From a virus (Duplodnaviria; Caudoviricetes), in IMG/VR virus record IMGVR_UViG_3300036966_000119, positions 1 through 64,000 of that record: a stretch of 64,000 nucleotides of DNA, one strand, 5' to 3'. How positions within the stretch are numbered: position 1 is the stretch's first letter; each line of letters begins with the position of its first letter. Under the pieces are notes generated by a model. It was given only the letters and a program-made list of their open reading frames with translations, ran no database searches and had not been told where the DNA came from. A program made the position numbers and the translations under genes. Below are positions 28,309 to 37,758 of the stretch, in pieces.

Positions 28309-29208
28309 TTACTTAATCACCTCGATTTTTATGTAACGATAATGTGCCAAATCAGAAGGTCTTATTTCGATTTCAAATTCAAAGTCTTTTCTTTTTGCTG
28401 TTATTACTGATCCGGCTACATGAACCATCATTTCACGGGAATCGAATTCTGCTTCTGAATATGAACTTTCTCCAATACCTATTCTGATTTTGAACTTCTT
28501 ATATTTATCCATTAATTTTATAAGTACTGGATTTACAATAATTGATCCTCTTTCGTCATATGTGTATAATGTATATATAGCATCATATGTTATGTCGTAT
28601 ATATTAAATCTAATGAGATCTTCCACATCGATTTCATGTTCCTCTGTCATTGTTGGATCAAGTGGTGGTTTCATGTTCATCATCTCCTTGAAGGCTTCAG
28701 CCCAGAATTCAGCTATCTGTTTCCAACTCTGAGTTGGTTCCTTAAGGTAAGGCAGACAAAGGTGCTGTTCCATATCAATTAGGGTATTCGTAGAATACCC
28801 CATTTCTTCTGAATCTGGATACATTGAACATCCTATATACATCTCATAATTTCCTTCAGTAAGAATTATGTCAACTGTATCAGGCCTACCACAATAATCA
28901 GCAGGCACAATGAAGAAATGTTTAATTCCTTCATTCGTTAATACATTATCTATCTCTTTAATACCGTTAGCGAATGCATGAGATGTGATGAATTCCATCA
29001 TGTCAACCAATCCGTCCGGGCCTGATAAAGCCTCTTTGTAGATGCTTACGGGCTTAATATCAAGCGTTTCAAACCATGCATGGTTCGTAAGTTTGAGTGT
29101 TCCATCTATTAAGCTGAGAACATCTCTTGCATTATTCTGATACAGAGTAATATATCTTTCTGCATCATAATTTGTTTTACTCATTCTACAAAGATCTTCA
29201 GTTGTCAT
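28309..29208 (-). CDS. Hypothetical protein
   Basis: Probable start MTTEDL at 29208 with GGAGG RBS. Confidence 0.7.
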   Translation of the reverse strand: MTTEDLCRMSKTNYDAERYITLYQNNARDVLSLIDGTLKLTNHAWFETLDIKPVSIYKEALSGPDGLVDMMEFITSHAFANGIKEIDNVLTNEGIKHFFIVPADYCGRPDTVDIILTEGNYEMYIGCSMYPDSEEMGYSTNTLIDMEQHLCLPYLKEPTQSWKQIAEFWAEAFKEMMNMKPPLDPTMTEEHEIDVEDLIRFNIYDITYDAIYTLYTYDERGSIIVNPVLIKLMDKYKKFKIRIGIGESSYSEAEFDSREMMVHVAGSVITAKRKDFEFEIEIRPSDLAHYRYIKIEVIK

Positions 29209-29444
29209 TTTTATTTTCCTCCATTGATTTCCTTTCATAGTAATCCATTGGATAAAATGATTGCTCAACTGCGGTCGTCCACATTTTCTCCAGCATACTG
29301 GTTGTGAGTTCAATCATTTCACCATTCTTTGGTTCTTTACGATATTCGCGATATCGCCTATTTGCCAGTGATTTTTTTATTTTATGATCCTTTCCATAAA
29401 GCAAGAAGAACCTCTGCTTTGTCTAAACCTTTGATATCAACCAT
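29198..29444 (-). pseudogene. Probable out-of-frame fusion of two gene fragments
   Basis: RBS + MVDIKGLDKAEVLLALWKGS* (29444-29382) stops early while another frame continues (YGKDHKIKK...ENKNDN*) without its own RBS. Confidence 0.4.
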
Positions 29445-29490
29445 AATAACTTCCTTTCTGAATACCAGTTAAATTTGTTTGGTTGGTATT

Positions 29491-29514
29491 CATATAAATA
29501 ATATGTATATGAAT
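29491..29514 (-). promoter_or_regulatory. Putative early-type promoter
   Basis: CATATAAATAATATGTATATGAAT, identical 24-mer at 37701-37724; heads a minus-strand operon of small genes. Confidence 0.6.
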
Positions 29515-29534
29515 TAATGAAATAAGCGGGGGTA

Positions 29535-29999
29535 TTAACCCCCACTATCATTCATTCCGATTTGATTATTTGTGACTTCAACATAGTCAACATCAATAAC
29601 ACCATCTGATGGAGTGTATTCTTTGTCGACAAGCTTCTTGATTTTATCCGATTGCTCTTCTTCAAGATGTATCTTAAATAGATCATTTCGTGCATCATCA
29701 TCGAAGTTTGTTTCAACCATTTTCATTACATCACCATCATATGCCCATTTCTCATATATCTGTGCTATTTCATCTTTACGAACATTGACAAGCTTATTGA
29801 ATCTTTGAATTTTCCATTCTAAGTTTACGCGGAATTCTATTGTTGGTTTTTCAATGAATGTATCATCATCTTCGTCTGTCAAGATCACCAACCAATCTTT
29901 GTAGTAATCAACAAATAAAACATTGGGTTCTTTATCATTTATTTTTATTTTTAAATCATAATAGAAGCTGGATGTTGCCTCCCAGAATATCTTATACAA
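29535..29999 (-). CDS. Hypothetical protein, possibly 5'-truncated
   Basis: 154-aa ORF with TTG start and poor RBS, abutting the fibre gene leader. Confidence 0.5.
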   Translation of the reverse strand: MYKIFWEATSSFYYDLKIKINDKEPNVLFVDYYKDWLVILTDEDDDTFIEKPTIEFRVNLEWKIQRFNKLVNVRKDEIAQIYEKWAYDGDVMKMVETNFDDDARNDLFKIHLEEEQSDKIKKLVDKEYTPSDGVIDVDYVEVTNNQIGMNDSGG

Positions 30000-30046
30000 G
30001 TTGTCCCGAACCGCCTGGTAAATTTTAATAAGAAAGGGGAGTTATT

Positions 30047-32389
30047 ATGCCTAACAATGATTCGCATCAACATGTTGTGAAGACATCTGCACAATGGAAT
30101 GAGCGTGCCGTTGAATATTGGATCGTACCTCGCGGATGTTTGTGCATTGAATTGACACCAGATGGCAAAACCAAAATAAAAATTGGTGAAGGCAATAAAT
30201 ATTATGCACAACTTCCATACATAACAAGTGAAGCCGATCTTACTCAATACTACACAAAAGAAGAAATCAATATTCTATTTGAAAATTTAAATAGAATGGC
30301 AATAATGTCAACGGATGAGTATGATGACAAAGAGGAATTACCATTAGATGGTAATAAACTCGGTGATGTGAGATTTGTTAAATCATCATCTCCGTCTATA
30401 AAAATAGATCCAGATATTTATCTTTGGAATGGCACAAAGTGGATATTTGTTGGATATGAATTCAAGGATGTTGATCTTTCTAAATATTTAAAGAAAGAAG
30501 AATTCCATGAATTATTTGATCCTGTCAAAGAAAAAGTTGATGAGATGTATCCGAAGATGCATACTCATTCAAATAAAGAAGTCCTTGATCAGATTACTGC
30601 ACCATTTACTATACCAGAAAAAGAAAAACTTGCTGGACTGGAAAACTATGATGATACAGAGATTCGTGAATTAATTCATGAATCATCACACACACATGAC
30701 AACAAAGATATCCTTGACACAATAACATCAGATAGCTTATGGTCTCAAACCGACAGAAATAAGTTCAATAATCTTCATAATTATGATGATGGACCTATAA
30801 CTGAAAGAGTTGCAGACCTCGAAGATAAGGCACACACTCACACCAATAAAGAATTTCTTGATACTATTGCGATGCCGTATCAGATATGGTCACAAGAAGA
30901 TCGTGAGAAATTTGATTCATTAAGTAATCCGGAAGTATTCATTGGTACAGATGGACAATATCCTGGTCGTAAAGGACTTGTTCCTGCGCCTACAATAACG
31001 GATATTGGTAAGTTCTTATCATCATCAGGTCACTGGTTGTCCATTGAGGGTAGTACTGATTTCGTTGGTGCTACTGCTGATACAGGTGGCGTACATGGTC
31101 TTGTTCCTGCACCTATGGCTGGACAAAATACATATTTCTTAAGAGGTGATGGAACCTGGGCTGAAGTCAGTGGTGGAGGTGGATCACACTATACCTTCCG
31201 TGAAGGATCAACCGCTGGATCATTCCAAGTTAAAGAAGACGATGGTGAATGGCAAACTATTGCCATTCATTCAGTACCAACTCTTGGCACTAACGGTAAG
31301 ATATTAGAAACATATCTCCCATCATATGTTGACGACGTTGTCGAAGGTTACTATTACAATGGTATGTTTTATACAACATCAGAACATACAACAGAAATAC
31401 CTGCTGAAACTGGAAAGATATACGTTGACCTCCTATCTAATACAACATATCGTTGGGGTGGAACAACATATGTTCCAATATTAAACCCCGTTGATATTAT
31501 GAGAGGTGCTACAGCTTCTACAGACGGCGTTGCAGGTTTGGTTCCCGCTCCAGCAGGATCACAAAACATGTTTTTGCGTGGAGATGGCACATGGGCAACT
31601 GTTTCAACAACAGATATTAACGCTCGTCAGGCACTTGATACCTCAAACAAGAACTATCCTCTTTTGTTCTCATATGCTGAAACATCTTCTACAACAGCAA
31701 ACATTGATAATATTACCAGACGTAATAATTCAATATATGTAAATCCGTCAACTGGTACTATTACTGCAACAAACTTCGCTGGTACTTTGAATAGTATGAC
31801 GATCAGTGGTACTTCTGGTTCTACCTATAATCTTAATAATATTACCAAAGTTGAGGCATCGTCTACAAATGGAAAGATCAAGATAAATGATATTGATACA
31901 ACGGTATATACACACCCAGCATATACAGCAAAAACTTCAGGTTTGTATAAAGTGACTGTAGATACAACAGGACATGTTTCTGAGGCAACAGCTGTTGCTA
32001 AAGCGGACATTACAGCTTTGGGTATTCCAGCAGTTGAGGCATCGTCTACAAATGGAAAGATCAAGATAAATGATATTGATACAACGGTATATACACACCC
32101 AGCATATACAGCAAAAACTTCAGGTTTGTATAAAGTGACTGTAGATACAACAGGACATGTTTCTGAGGCAACAGCTGTTGCTAAAGCGGACATTACAGCT
32201 TTGGGTATTCCAGCACAAGACACATGGGTTGACATGACAGCGGCAACTGCATCAGCATCTGGTACTCGTGGTACTGTTCAACCACCCGCTGGAGCACAGA
32301 CAAAGTATCTTCGTGGTGACAACACATGGGTTGATCCAATTGATGATATTGGTATACTCACGTTGCATTGTACAAATGGTACAGATTGA
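30047..32389 (+). CDS. Tail-fibre-like protein
   Basis: N-terminal Mtd_N/hyaluronidase-like motif (K.KIGEG...Y..LPY), H.H.NK..LD repeats, GLVPAP...LRGDGTW repeats. Confidence 0.75.
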   Translation: MPNNDSHQHVVKTSAQWNERAVEYWIVPRGCLCIELTPDGKTKIKIGEGNKYYAQLPYITSEADLTQYYTKEEINILFENLNRMAIMSTDEYDDKEELPLDGNKLGDVRFVKSSSPSIKIDPDIYLWNGTKWIFVGYEFKDVDLSKYLKKEEFHELFDPVKEKVDEMYPKMHTHSNKEVLDQITAPFTIPEKEKLAGLENYDDTEIRELIHESSHTHDNKDILDTITSDSLWSQTDRNKFNNLHNYDDGPITERVADLEDKAHTHTNKEFLDTIAMPYQIWSQEDREKFDSLSNPEVFIGTDGQYPGRKGLVPAPTITDIGKFLSSSGHWLSIEGSTDFVGATADTGGVHGLVPAPMAGQNTYFLRGDGTWAEVSGGGGSHYTFREGSTAGSFQVKEDDGEWQTIAIHSVPTLGTNGKILETYLPSYVDDVVEGYYYNGMFYTTSEHTTEIPAETGKIYVDLLSNTTYRWGGTTYVPILNPVDIMRGATASTDGVAGLVPAPAGSQNMFLRGDGTWATVSTTDINARQALDTSNKNYPLLFSYAETSSTTANIDNITRRNNSIYVNPSTGTITATNFAGTLNSMTISGTSGSTYNLNNITKVEASSTNGKIKINDIDTTVYTHPAYTAKTSGLYKVTVDTTGHVSEATAVAKADITALGIPAVEASSTNGKIKINDIDTTVYTHPAYTAKTSGLYKVTVDTTGHVSEATAVAKADITALGIPAQDTWVDMTAATASASGTRGTVQPPAGAQTKYLRGDNTWVDPIDDIGILTLHCTNGTD
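31849..32215 (+). repeat. Exact 183-bp (61-aa) in-frame tandem duplication
   Basis: VEASSTNGKIKIND...ITALGIPA present twice with identical DNA. Confidence 0.95.
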
Positions 32390-32401
32390 TGAAATTAATA
32401 T

Positions 32402-32422
32402 ACCGGGGCATAATGCCCCGGT
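32402..32422 (+). terminator. Intrinsic terminator
   Basis: ACCGGGGC-ataat-GCCCCGGT followed by T-rich tract. Confidence 0.8.
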
Positions 32423-32493
32423 TTACTTTCTTTTATTATGGTATTGGACGATAATGTAAGCCTTCAACTATTGAAATGAAAGGAGATACACAA

Positions 32494-33672
32494 ATGTCAA
32501 CAAATAGAACGTTCAATGAAGTTCAGTTAGATGTCAAATTCACACAAGCTGCGTCACGCGCTAATCTGACATCTGAAGAGAATATATCGATATCATTTGG
32601 AAAGCTTTCCAAGTGGTATGAAGGATTAATTCCTACTGGTGGTTCATCTGGACAAATCTTAGGGTGGAATTCAGATGGTACGGCAAAATGGGTAGCAAAT
32701 CCAAACACGAATACAACTTATACATTCGAAACCGGTGATTCTGTAGGACAGATAAAAGTTACACCTTCGGATGGAACGGCATATAATGTTAATGTAAAAA
32801 ATATTTCCGCAGGAACATCGACAGGAACCATAAATTCCCTGGCATATTATGGCGATACAACGATGCTCTCTTCAGCACAAATATCTCCGGGAACGGGTCT
32901 ATTCTTTAAAACTGAACTCAATGAAGCAGAAACTCCTGCAAGACTAACTACATTGTGCATGTATGGTCCAACATATGGAAATGCAGCAAAAACCCTTATT
33001 AGTGGAACCCAAGGCATACTTTCATACGGTGATGGTGGTCCTCAAATAGATTTCAACACTTCAAGAACTGGTGGACAGGCTGGTTCGTTGATATTTACAG
33101 ATCATGATAGTGTTGCCCGTGGTGCAAGTTGGACTTTTGTTTCGAACCAAGTCGATTGGAATGTCATCTCAAAACGCTTCCATGCTCGTACAAGTATAAG
33201 CATAGGTACCAATCTACCAAATACCAATTACAATTTATATGTTAATGGTACAACAAATCTTACAGGAAATACAACTATTAGTGGTACGCTGAATGTCGTT
33301 GGTGATATAACACAGAATGGTACAACTGTTTCTTTATCATCGTTAGCACATATAAAGGGTATATATGCTGTCAAGGGAACACAATCAGCATCGACTTTTG
33401 CATGGACTGGTAATATAGATGTTTCTGCGTTATATAATGGACTAACGATTGCATACTACTTACCATATTCATCGACATCACTGGCTACTCTCAATCTAAC
33501 TCTCACGAATGGATCAAAAACCGGTGCAGTTAATTGCTACGTAAATGGCACGACAAGAATATCAAATCAGTATGCAGCTGGATCAGTTATAACATTGACC
33601 TACTGGTCTGCTGGTTCAATACGTGTGAATGGAACTGCCACAACTGACAACAGATGGGTTCATTGTGGCTAA
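32494..33672 (+). CDS. Tail-fibre-like protein
   Basis: Gly/Thr/Ser-rich beta protein, PTGGSSGQIL, LYNGLTIAY..P, TLNL motifs; AAGGAG RBS; GACG-ataatg-TAA upstream. Confidence 0.65.
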   Translation: MSTNRTFNEVQLDVKFTQAASRANLTSEENISISFGKLSKWYEGLIPTGGSSGQILGWNSDGTAKWVANPNTNTTYTFETGDSVGQIKVTPSDGTAYNVNVKNISAGTSTGTINSLAYYGDTTMLSSAQISPGTGLFFKTELNEAETPARLTTLCMYGPTYGNAAKTLISGTQGILSYGDGGPQIDFNTSRTGGQAGSLIFTDHDSVARGASWTFVSNQVDWNVISKRFHARTSISIGTNLPNTNYNLYVNGTTNLTGNTTISGTLNVVGDITQNGTTVSLSSLAHIKGIYAVKGTQSASTFAWTGNIDVSALYNGLTIAYYLPYSSTSLATLNLTLTNGSKTGAVNCYVNGTTRISNQYAAGSVITLTYWSAGSIRVNGTATTDNRWVHCG

Positions 33673-33707
33673 CATATCAACACAAATTGGACTATAACAA
33701 AAAAATA

Positions 33708-33731
33708 TTGAGGGGGCTAATGCCCCCTCAA
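33708..33731. terminator. Bidirectional terminator
   Basis: TTGAGGGGGC-taat-GCCCCCTCAA. Confidence 0.8.
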
Positions 33732-33732
33732 A

Positions 33733-34119
33733 TTATTGTGTTATTATTGATACTTTGTCTTTCTTATTATGCAATGTATGCATATATTCCTCACATGCAT
33801 TCTCAAAGTAATTGAAGTATTCATACCTTGAATTCTTTTTGATTACATGTGATATCACAACGATATTCTTTCCTTCAACAGTATACAACAATCTCAGTGA
33901 TGTCGTTTTAATTCTACATTTATACAGAAAGAATCTTCGTCCGTTGCATGTATACGCATCATGAATGAGTTTATCATCCATGAATCGTTCATCAAGTGAA
34001 TGCCCGTACTTAACATAAGTATCTACTCTTTCCTTGAGTCTACTGATACCTGTGTTGATTGCATTCTGTTCTGACTTTGTCAACTTAGTAAACGAATCTA
34101 TTTTGTTTACCACTTTCAT
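33733..34119 (-). CDS. RelE/ParE (HigB/Gp49-like) fold protein
   Basis: LYKCRIK...LRLLYTV...IVVISH.IKK C-terminal pattern; ATG 34119 with GAGGAGG RBS. Confidence 0.55.
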   Translation of the reverse strand: MKVVNKIDSFTKLTKSEQNAINTGISRLKERVDTYVKYGHSLDERFMDDKLIHDAYTCNGRRFFLYKCRIKTTSLRLLYTVEGKNIVVISHVIKKNSRYEYFNYFENACEEYMHTLHNKKDKVSIITQ

Positions 34120-34135
34120 TATTTGAATAACCTCC

Positions 34136-34636
34136 TCATGTGGGACTGTTTCTTTCCCACCACTCATCAAGTTTTCTTTCTTTTTCTTCCTCGTGATGTT
34201 TTTCAGCTTCAAGCCGTATTTTTCTTTCTTCCTCTGTTTCGATTGGATCTCTTACCAATGGATCCCAACCGAATGGGTCTCCATACCTACCAGACTGAAT
34301 CTGCTCATAAATCATTTCTTCTTTTAACATCCCGAGATCAGCCGGACACTTAAAGTGAGCACCATTCCATACAAAGGTTGACCCTTTCTTGGTCTCGTGT
34401 TTAATCATGTCAGTTATTATTTCCTCGGCACGCGGTCCAGATATAACCTGAACATTTTCATCAAGGTTAACATCATCACCAACCTTTTCAACAGAGAACG
34501 ATTCCTTTGAATGCATGTATACTATCCTGGTGTAATCTTTACCAAATATAGTTACTTGCCTAAAGGAAGTGATTACTACTGACTTAGCTAAGCCAAGAGC
34601 TCCATCATCCTGTGTGTTCTTTACGTGTATCTGCAT
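34136..34636 (-). CDS. Hypothetical protein, charged C-terminus
   Basis: Start MQIHVK with AAAGGAG RBS; early-type motif at 34702-34714. Confidence 0.65.
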   Translation of the reverse strand: MQIHVKNTQDDGALGLAKSVVITSFRQVTIFGKDYTRIVYMHSKESFSVEKVGDDVNLDENVQVISGPRAEEIITDMIKHETKKGSTFVWNGAHFKCPADLGMLKEEMIYEQIQSGRYGDPFGWDPLVRDPIETEEERKIRLEAEKHHEEEKERKLDEWWERNSPT

Positions 34637-34741
34637 TTTAAATACACTCCTTTCATATGACTTTTTATTAATATGACATTTGAGGCACAAATGTCAAAAT
34701 AATAATATATGTATAAAAATTATAAAAGGAGTGTATCAATT

Positions 34742-35023
34742 ATGAAAATTACATTCAAAGACGGAAACATATCTGATATTCCAGAAGAAGAAGTCCAGGA
34801 ATATGTTAAGTATGTTAAAGAAAAATATCCCAATGATATTATTGATGAAATAATACTTTCATTTGATGATGAGGGATATGTTAAAATTGAAACACATAAA
34901 CATTCGGTACCATTCGTTCGTTTAAGGAGAATTACAGGATATCTGACAACTACTCTTGACAGATGGAATGATGCCAAGCGTGCTGAAGAGCATGACAGAG
35001 TAAAACATGGAGTGACAGAATAA
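34742..35023 (+). CDS. Stand-alone NrdD C-terminal glycyl-radical-like domain
   Basis: RRITGYL...RWNDAKRAE..DRVKH matches the class III RNR C-terminal signature; only 93 aa, no CxxC. Confidence 0.8.
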   Translation: MKITFKDGNISDIPEEEVQEYVKYVKEKYPNDIIDEIILSFDDEGYVKIETHKHSVPFVRLRRITGYLTTTLDRWNDAKRAEEHDRVKHGVTE

Positions 35024-35310
35024 TGAAGGATTTAAAAATGACTTCAAAAGAATTTATCCGTTCTGCTAAACACTGGGTTCTTCACGCAGCAAAACAAGGA
35101 TTAGATCCAACGGATAAAGTTGAATTAAATGTAAATGATGATGTTTATGTGGTAACATATTCATTCGTATTATGGAATCACAAAGCATTATTATCAACAA
35201 CACTTCCCGATGGAAAATATTATGAAGTAACTCTCGATGCTGCTACTGGTAAAATGTATATCGATTGTTATGTAAGAATCAAACAAGACGTTGTTAAAAT
35301 CGGAATATAA
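35023..35310 (+). CDS. Small conserved phage protein (DUF6275-like)
   Basis: VYVV....L.N.KALLSTTLPDG.YYEVT......MYID.Y pattern. Confidence 0.6.
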   Translation: MKDLKMTSKEFIRSAKHWVLHAAKQGLDPTDKVELNVNDDVYVVTYSFVLWNHKALLSTTLPDGKYYEVTLDAATGKMYIDCYVRIKQDVVKIGI

Positions 35311-35314
35311 AAAA

Positions 35315-35339
35315 ATATGGGGGCATCATGCCCCCATAT
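35315..35339. terminator. Bidirectional terminator
   Basis: ATATGGGGGC-atcat-GCCCCCATAT. Confidence 0.8.
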
Positions 35340-35341
35340 GA

Positions 35342-36388
35342 TTAAATACCGTATTTTGCTACAATATCCGGATACCAGGATTTGTTTAATACAGCATATA
35401 TCTGGTCAGAGCGGAGGTTGCCAACACTCCACTGTTTACGGACAGAACTAGCGATACGACTAATCTTTCGCTTACCAACCTTCTGAATGGTAGAAGCAAT
35501 GATGATAACCATATCCAAATCAGTCAGTCCCGAATTCATGAGGCCCCCAACAATCATTGCCTTCTTGACAACCTCATATGTTGTTAATGCGGAAGCCGTT
35601 ATGTCAGGAAAGTTTGCAACTATGGCTTCCATTTCACAGTTTACCTTTGCAAGATTGTGCATTGGTCCCTTCCACTGAACTTCATCAGTTATTCCAAACT
35701 CATTAAGAATTTTATGGAATTTATCGGGGTACTTTATATTCGATATTAATTCTTCTATGTAATCCTGTGCTTCGTCTTTTGGACGGTTTTCCACAACATG
35801 GATTACATTCTTCTTATCGAGAGTAAAGTATTCATCTGATATCTTTTTCCACGTCTGCTTCTCAATGAATCTGTATACCGATCTAAATGGTAATCCAGGG
35901 AGCCTTTCTACTAACTGGGCTCTTGCTGTCTTCACATCAACTCCATCGAAGTTATCAGCGATGAATCCGGCGATAAATCTGTAATTCTTTTCCGAAAGTT
36001 TGTTATACTTTCTCTTTGATGTTTCTTCGACGACCTCTTCTTTTACAGATTCTTCCTTTGTAGGTTCTTCTTCAACGAGTCCTTCTTCCGTAGGTGCTTC
36101 TTCAGGTTCCTCGTTTTCGACCACTTCTTCCTCGATCAACTCATTAAGTTCTTCGAATCCGGGAAGAGAGTTCTGTTGTTCGACAATAATATCGTATTCT
36201 TCGATTACTTTGACTTCTTCTCTTGATGACGTCAGCCAGTCCCGAATGGTCTTTAAAGTAACAAGTATCTCAGGCTTGAAGAATCCTATGTCATTTATAT
36301 CGTCGACTGTTACTTTATATCGATTGATTTCATCGACAAACTCATCTATTGCGTTTGCCATGTCTACTGCTTTTCTAACATAACACAT
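35342..36388 (-). CDS. Putative DNA-binding protein sharing the HNH-associated helical repeat
   Basis: LSE.....I...I....G....K.TWKKISDEYF unit like HNH C-terminal repeats; acidic linker. Confidence 0.5.
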   Translation of the reverse strand: MCYVRKAVDMANAIDEFVDEINRYKVTVDDINDIGFFKPEILVTLKTIRDWLTSSREEVKVIEEYDIIVEQQNSLPGFEELNELIEEEVVENEEPEEAPTEEGLVEEEPTKEESVKEEVVEETSKRKYNKLSEKNYRFIAGFIADNFDGVDVKTARAQLVERLPGLPFRSVYRFIEKQTWKKISDEYFTLDKKNVIHVVENRPKDEAQDYIEELISNIKYPDKFHKILNEFGITDEVQWKGPMHNLAKVNCEMEAIVANFPDITASALTTYEVVKKAMIVGGLMNSGLTDLDMVIIIASTIQKVGKRKISRIASSVRKQWSVGNLRSDQIYAVLNKSWYPDIVAKYGI

Positions 36389-37503
36389 TATCTCTCCCCC
36401 TCTCTAAACATTCCTGCTATGTCGGATGTGTAGTCATTGACTATCTGTGATATGAAATCGTATCCGATATCACATCCGAAAGTATTCTTTACGACATTGG
36501 ATATCTTCTTGACATCATTAGCCTTGTTGATGCCAATAACATCCATTGCCATAAATACTGTTATGACCTTCTCATCCAAAGATAAAGCATCACCACGCTT
36601 TATCTTATCACGGATAAGTTCCCCAGTGAGTTTCTTATCACCGGACATTCTGAAGAAACCACCTACATCCATTCCCTGGTTTGCATCAGTATCCACAGCC
36701 ATTGCGTCTGTTCGTGGATATATCTTACCAGAGAGATTCACGAAGAACATATCCGATATTTCCGTGAATAACTTCTTATCTCTAATCTGTTCAACCGATG
36801 CTTTTGATACGGAAGGATATGCATCTTCATACAGTGGCATGATCTTTTCGATGTCGCCATCGTACTGTAAGATTCTGCGACATATGTCTTCGATCATGTA
36901 ACGTCGTGTCTCCACGTATTCTCCTGTCGGCTTCTTCCAGTAGATATTGTCTACCTTCAGATTGCGACGATCTCCATCTTTGAACTCAATGATGAAGTCC
37001 GAAGACCTATCGGGTGATCTAATTTGGAAAGCCTTTGCGACAAGAACAGCCACTCTTCTGGTGTCTCTGGATACATCTGATCCAAGAGAAATCCTCATGT
37101 CACCATCACGAAGATGCTGTTTCATGAGTTTCTTGGAATCAATGTTCCAGACATGACCATAGTTTGAGACCATGAGATTCATGTCTCTTACTTTACGCCA
37201 ATCGGCGTCTGGAGCCACAGCTAACCATGGCTCTTTATCTGAGACAGTCTTAATTACTTCAGTTGTCTCAGTTGTCTCAGTTGTCTCAGTTGTCTCAGTT
37301 GTCTCAGTTGTAGCAGTAGTAGGAATATCAACTTCAAATGTTACGTCGTTATTTATCCAACGATTCAGGAAGTCAATATTGTCTGCTAAATGAGGATTTA
37401 ATTCTCCGAGGATTATTAAATCACTCATGGGAACAGTCATGTCAATTTTACTCGTAAAGTCTTCAAGTACTTTACAAACTTTTATTGCTTGTTTTAGTTC
37501 CAT
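36388..37503 (-). CDS. Degenerate NUMOD4/HNH-derived protein, probably nuclease-dead
   Basis: MVSNYGHV, VAVLVAKAF, IIEFKDGDRRNLKVDNIYW (the His positions are A/F); one helical repeat; TTE repeat linker. Confidence 0.65.
   Translation of the reverse strand: MELKQAIKVCKVLEDFTSKIDMTVPMSDLIILGELNPHLADNIDFLNRWINNDVTFEVDIPTTATTETTETTETTETTETTEVIKTVSDKEPWLAVAPDADWRKVRDMNLMVSNYGHVWNIDSKKLMKQHLRDGDMRISLGSDVSRDTRRVAVLVAKAFQIRSPDRSSDFIIEFKDGDRRNLKVDNIYWKKPTGEYVETRRYMIEDICRRILQYDGDIEKIMPLYEDAYPSVSKASVEQIRDKKLFTEISDMFFVNLSGKIYPRTDAMAVDTDANQGMDVGGFFRMSGDKKLTGELIRDKIKRGDALSLDEKVITVFMAMDVIGINKANDVKKISNVVKNTFGCDIGYDFISQIVNDYTSDIAGMFREGER
37259..37311. repeat. 9-bp tandem repeat (TCAGTTGTC x5 plus 8 nt) encoding (TTE)n
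   Basis: Directly visible perfect repeat. Confidence 0.9.
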
Positions 37504-37521
37504 AAAATTCCTCCTTTGCTT

Positions 37522-37611
37522 TTACATTGTGGAACCCAGTGCTTCTGACAGGTCACCGAGATCCCAATCATCTTCATCGTCTGTATGGCATACTACGAAT
37601 TTATCCAGCAT
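37522..37611 (-). CDS. 29-aa acidic peptide; not in the ORF track
   Basis: MLDKFVVCHTDDEDDWDLGDLSEALGSTM*, GGGAGGTG RBS, first ORF after promoter-like 37701-37724. Confidence 0.5.
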   Translation of the reverse strand: MLDKFVVCHTDDEDDWDLGDLSEALGSTM

Positions 37612-37700
37612 TGTCTTGTTCACCTCCCTGTAACAAACGCTGGACAAGAGTTGAAATGATATTGAGAATAATGCTTCAATTCATGTGATTCTGTTCTTGC

Positions 37701-37724
37701 CATATAAATAATATGTATATGAAT
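37701..37724 (-). promoter_or_regulatory. Putative early-type promoter
   Basis: Identical 24-mer to 29491-29514. Confidence 0.6.
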
Positions 37725-37758
37725 CATTAAAATAATAAAACGAAAGGTTGTGTAATAT

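Noticed and set aside
16914-32389. Diversity-generating retroelement (variable receptors, Mtd_N-like domain)
   Set aside because: No reverse transcriptase in the window, no TR/VR pair, and differences are not adenine-specific; an element elsewhere cannot be excluded.
37259-37311. Phase-variation switch at the 9-bp repeat
   Set aside because: Unit length is a multiple of three, so copy changes only alter linker length.
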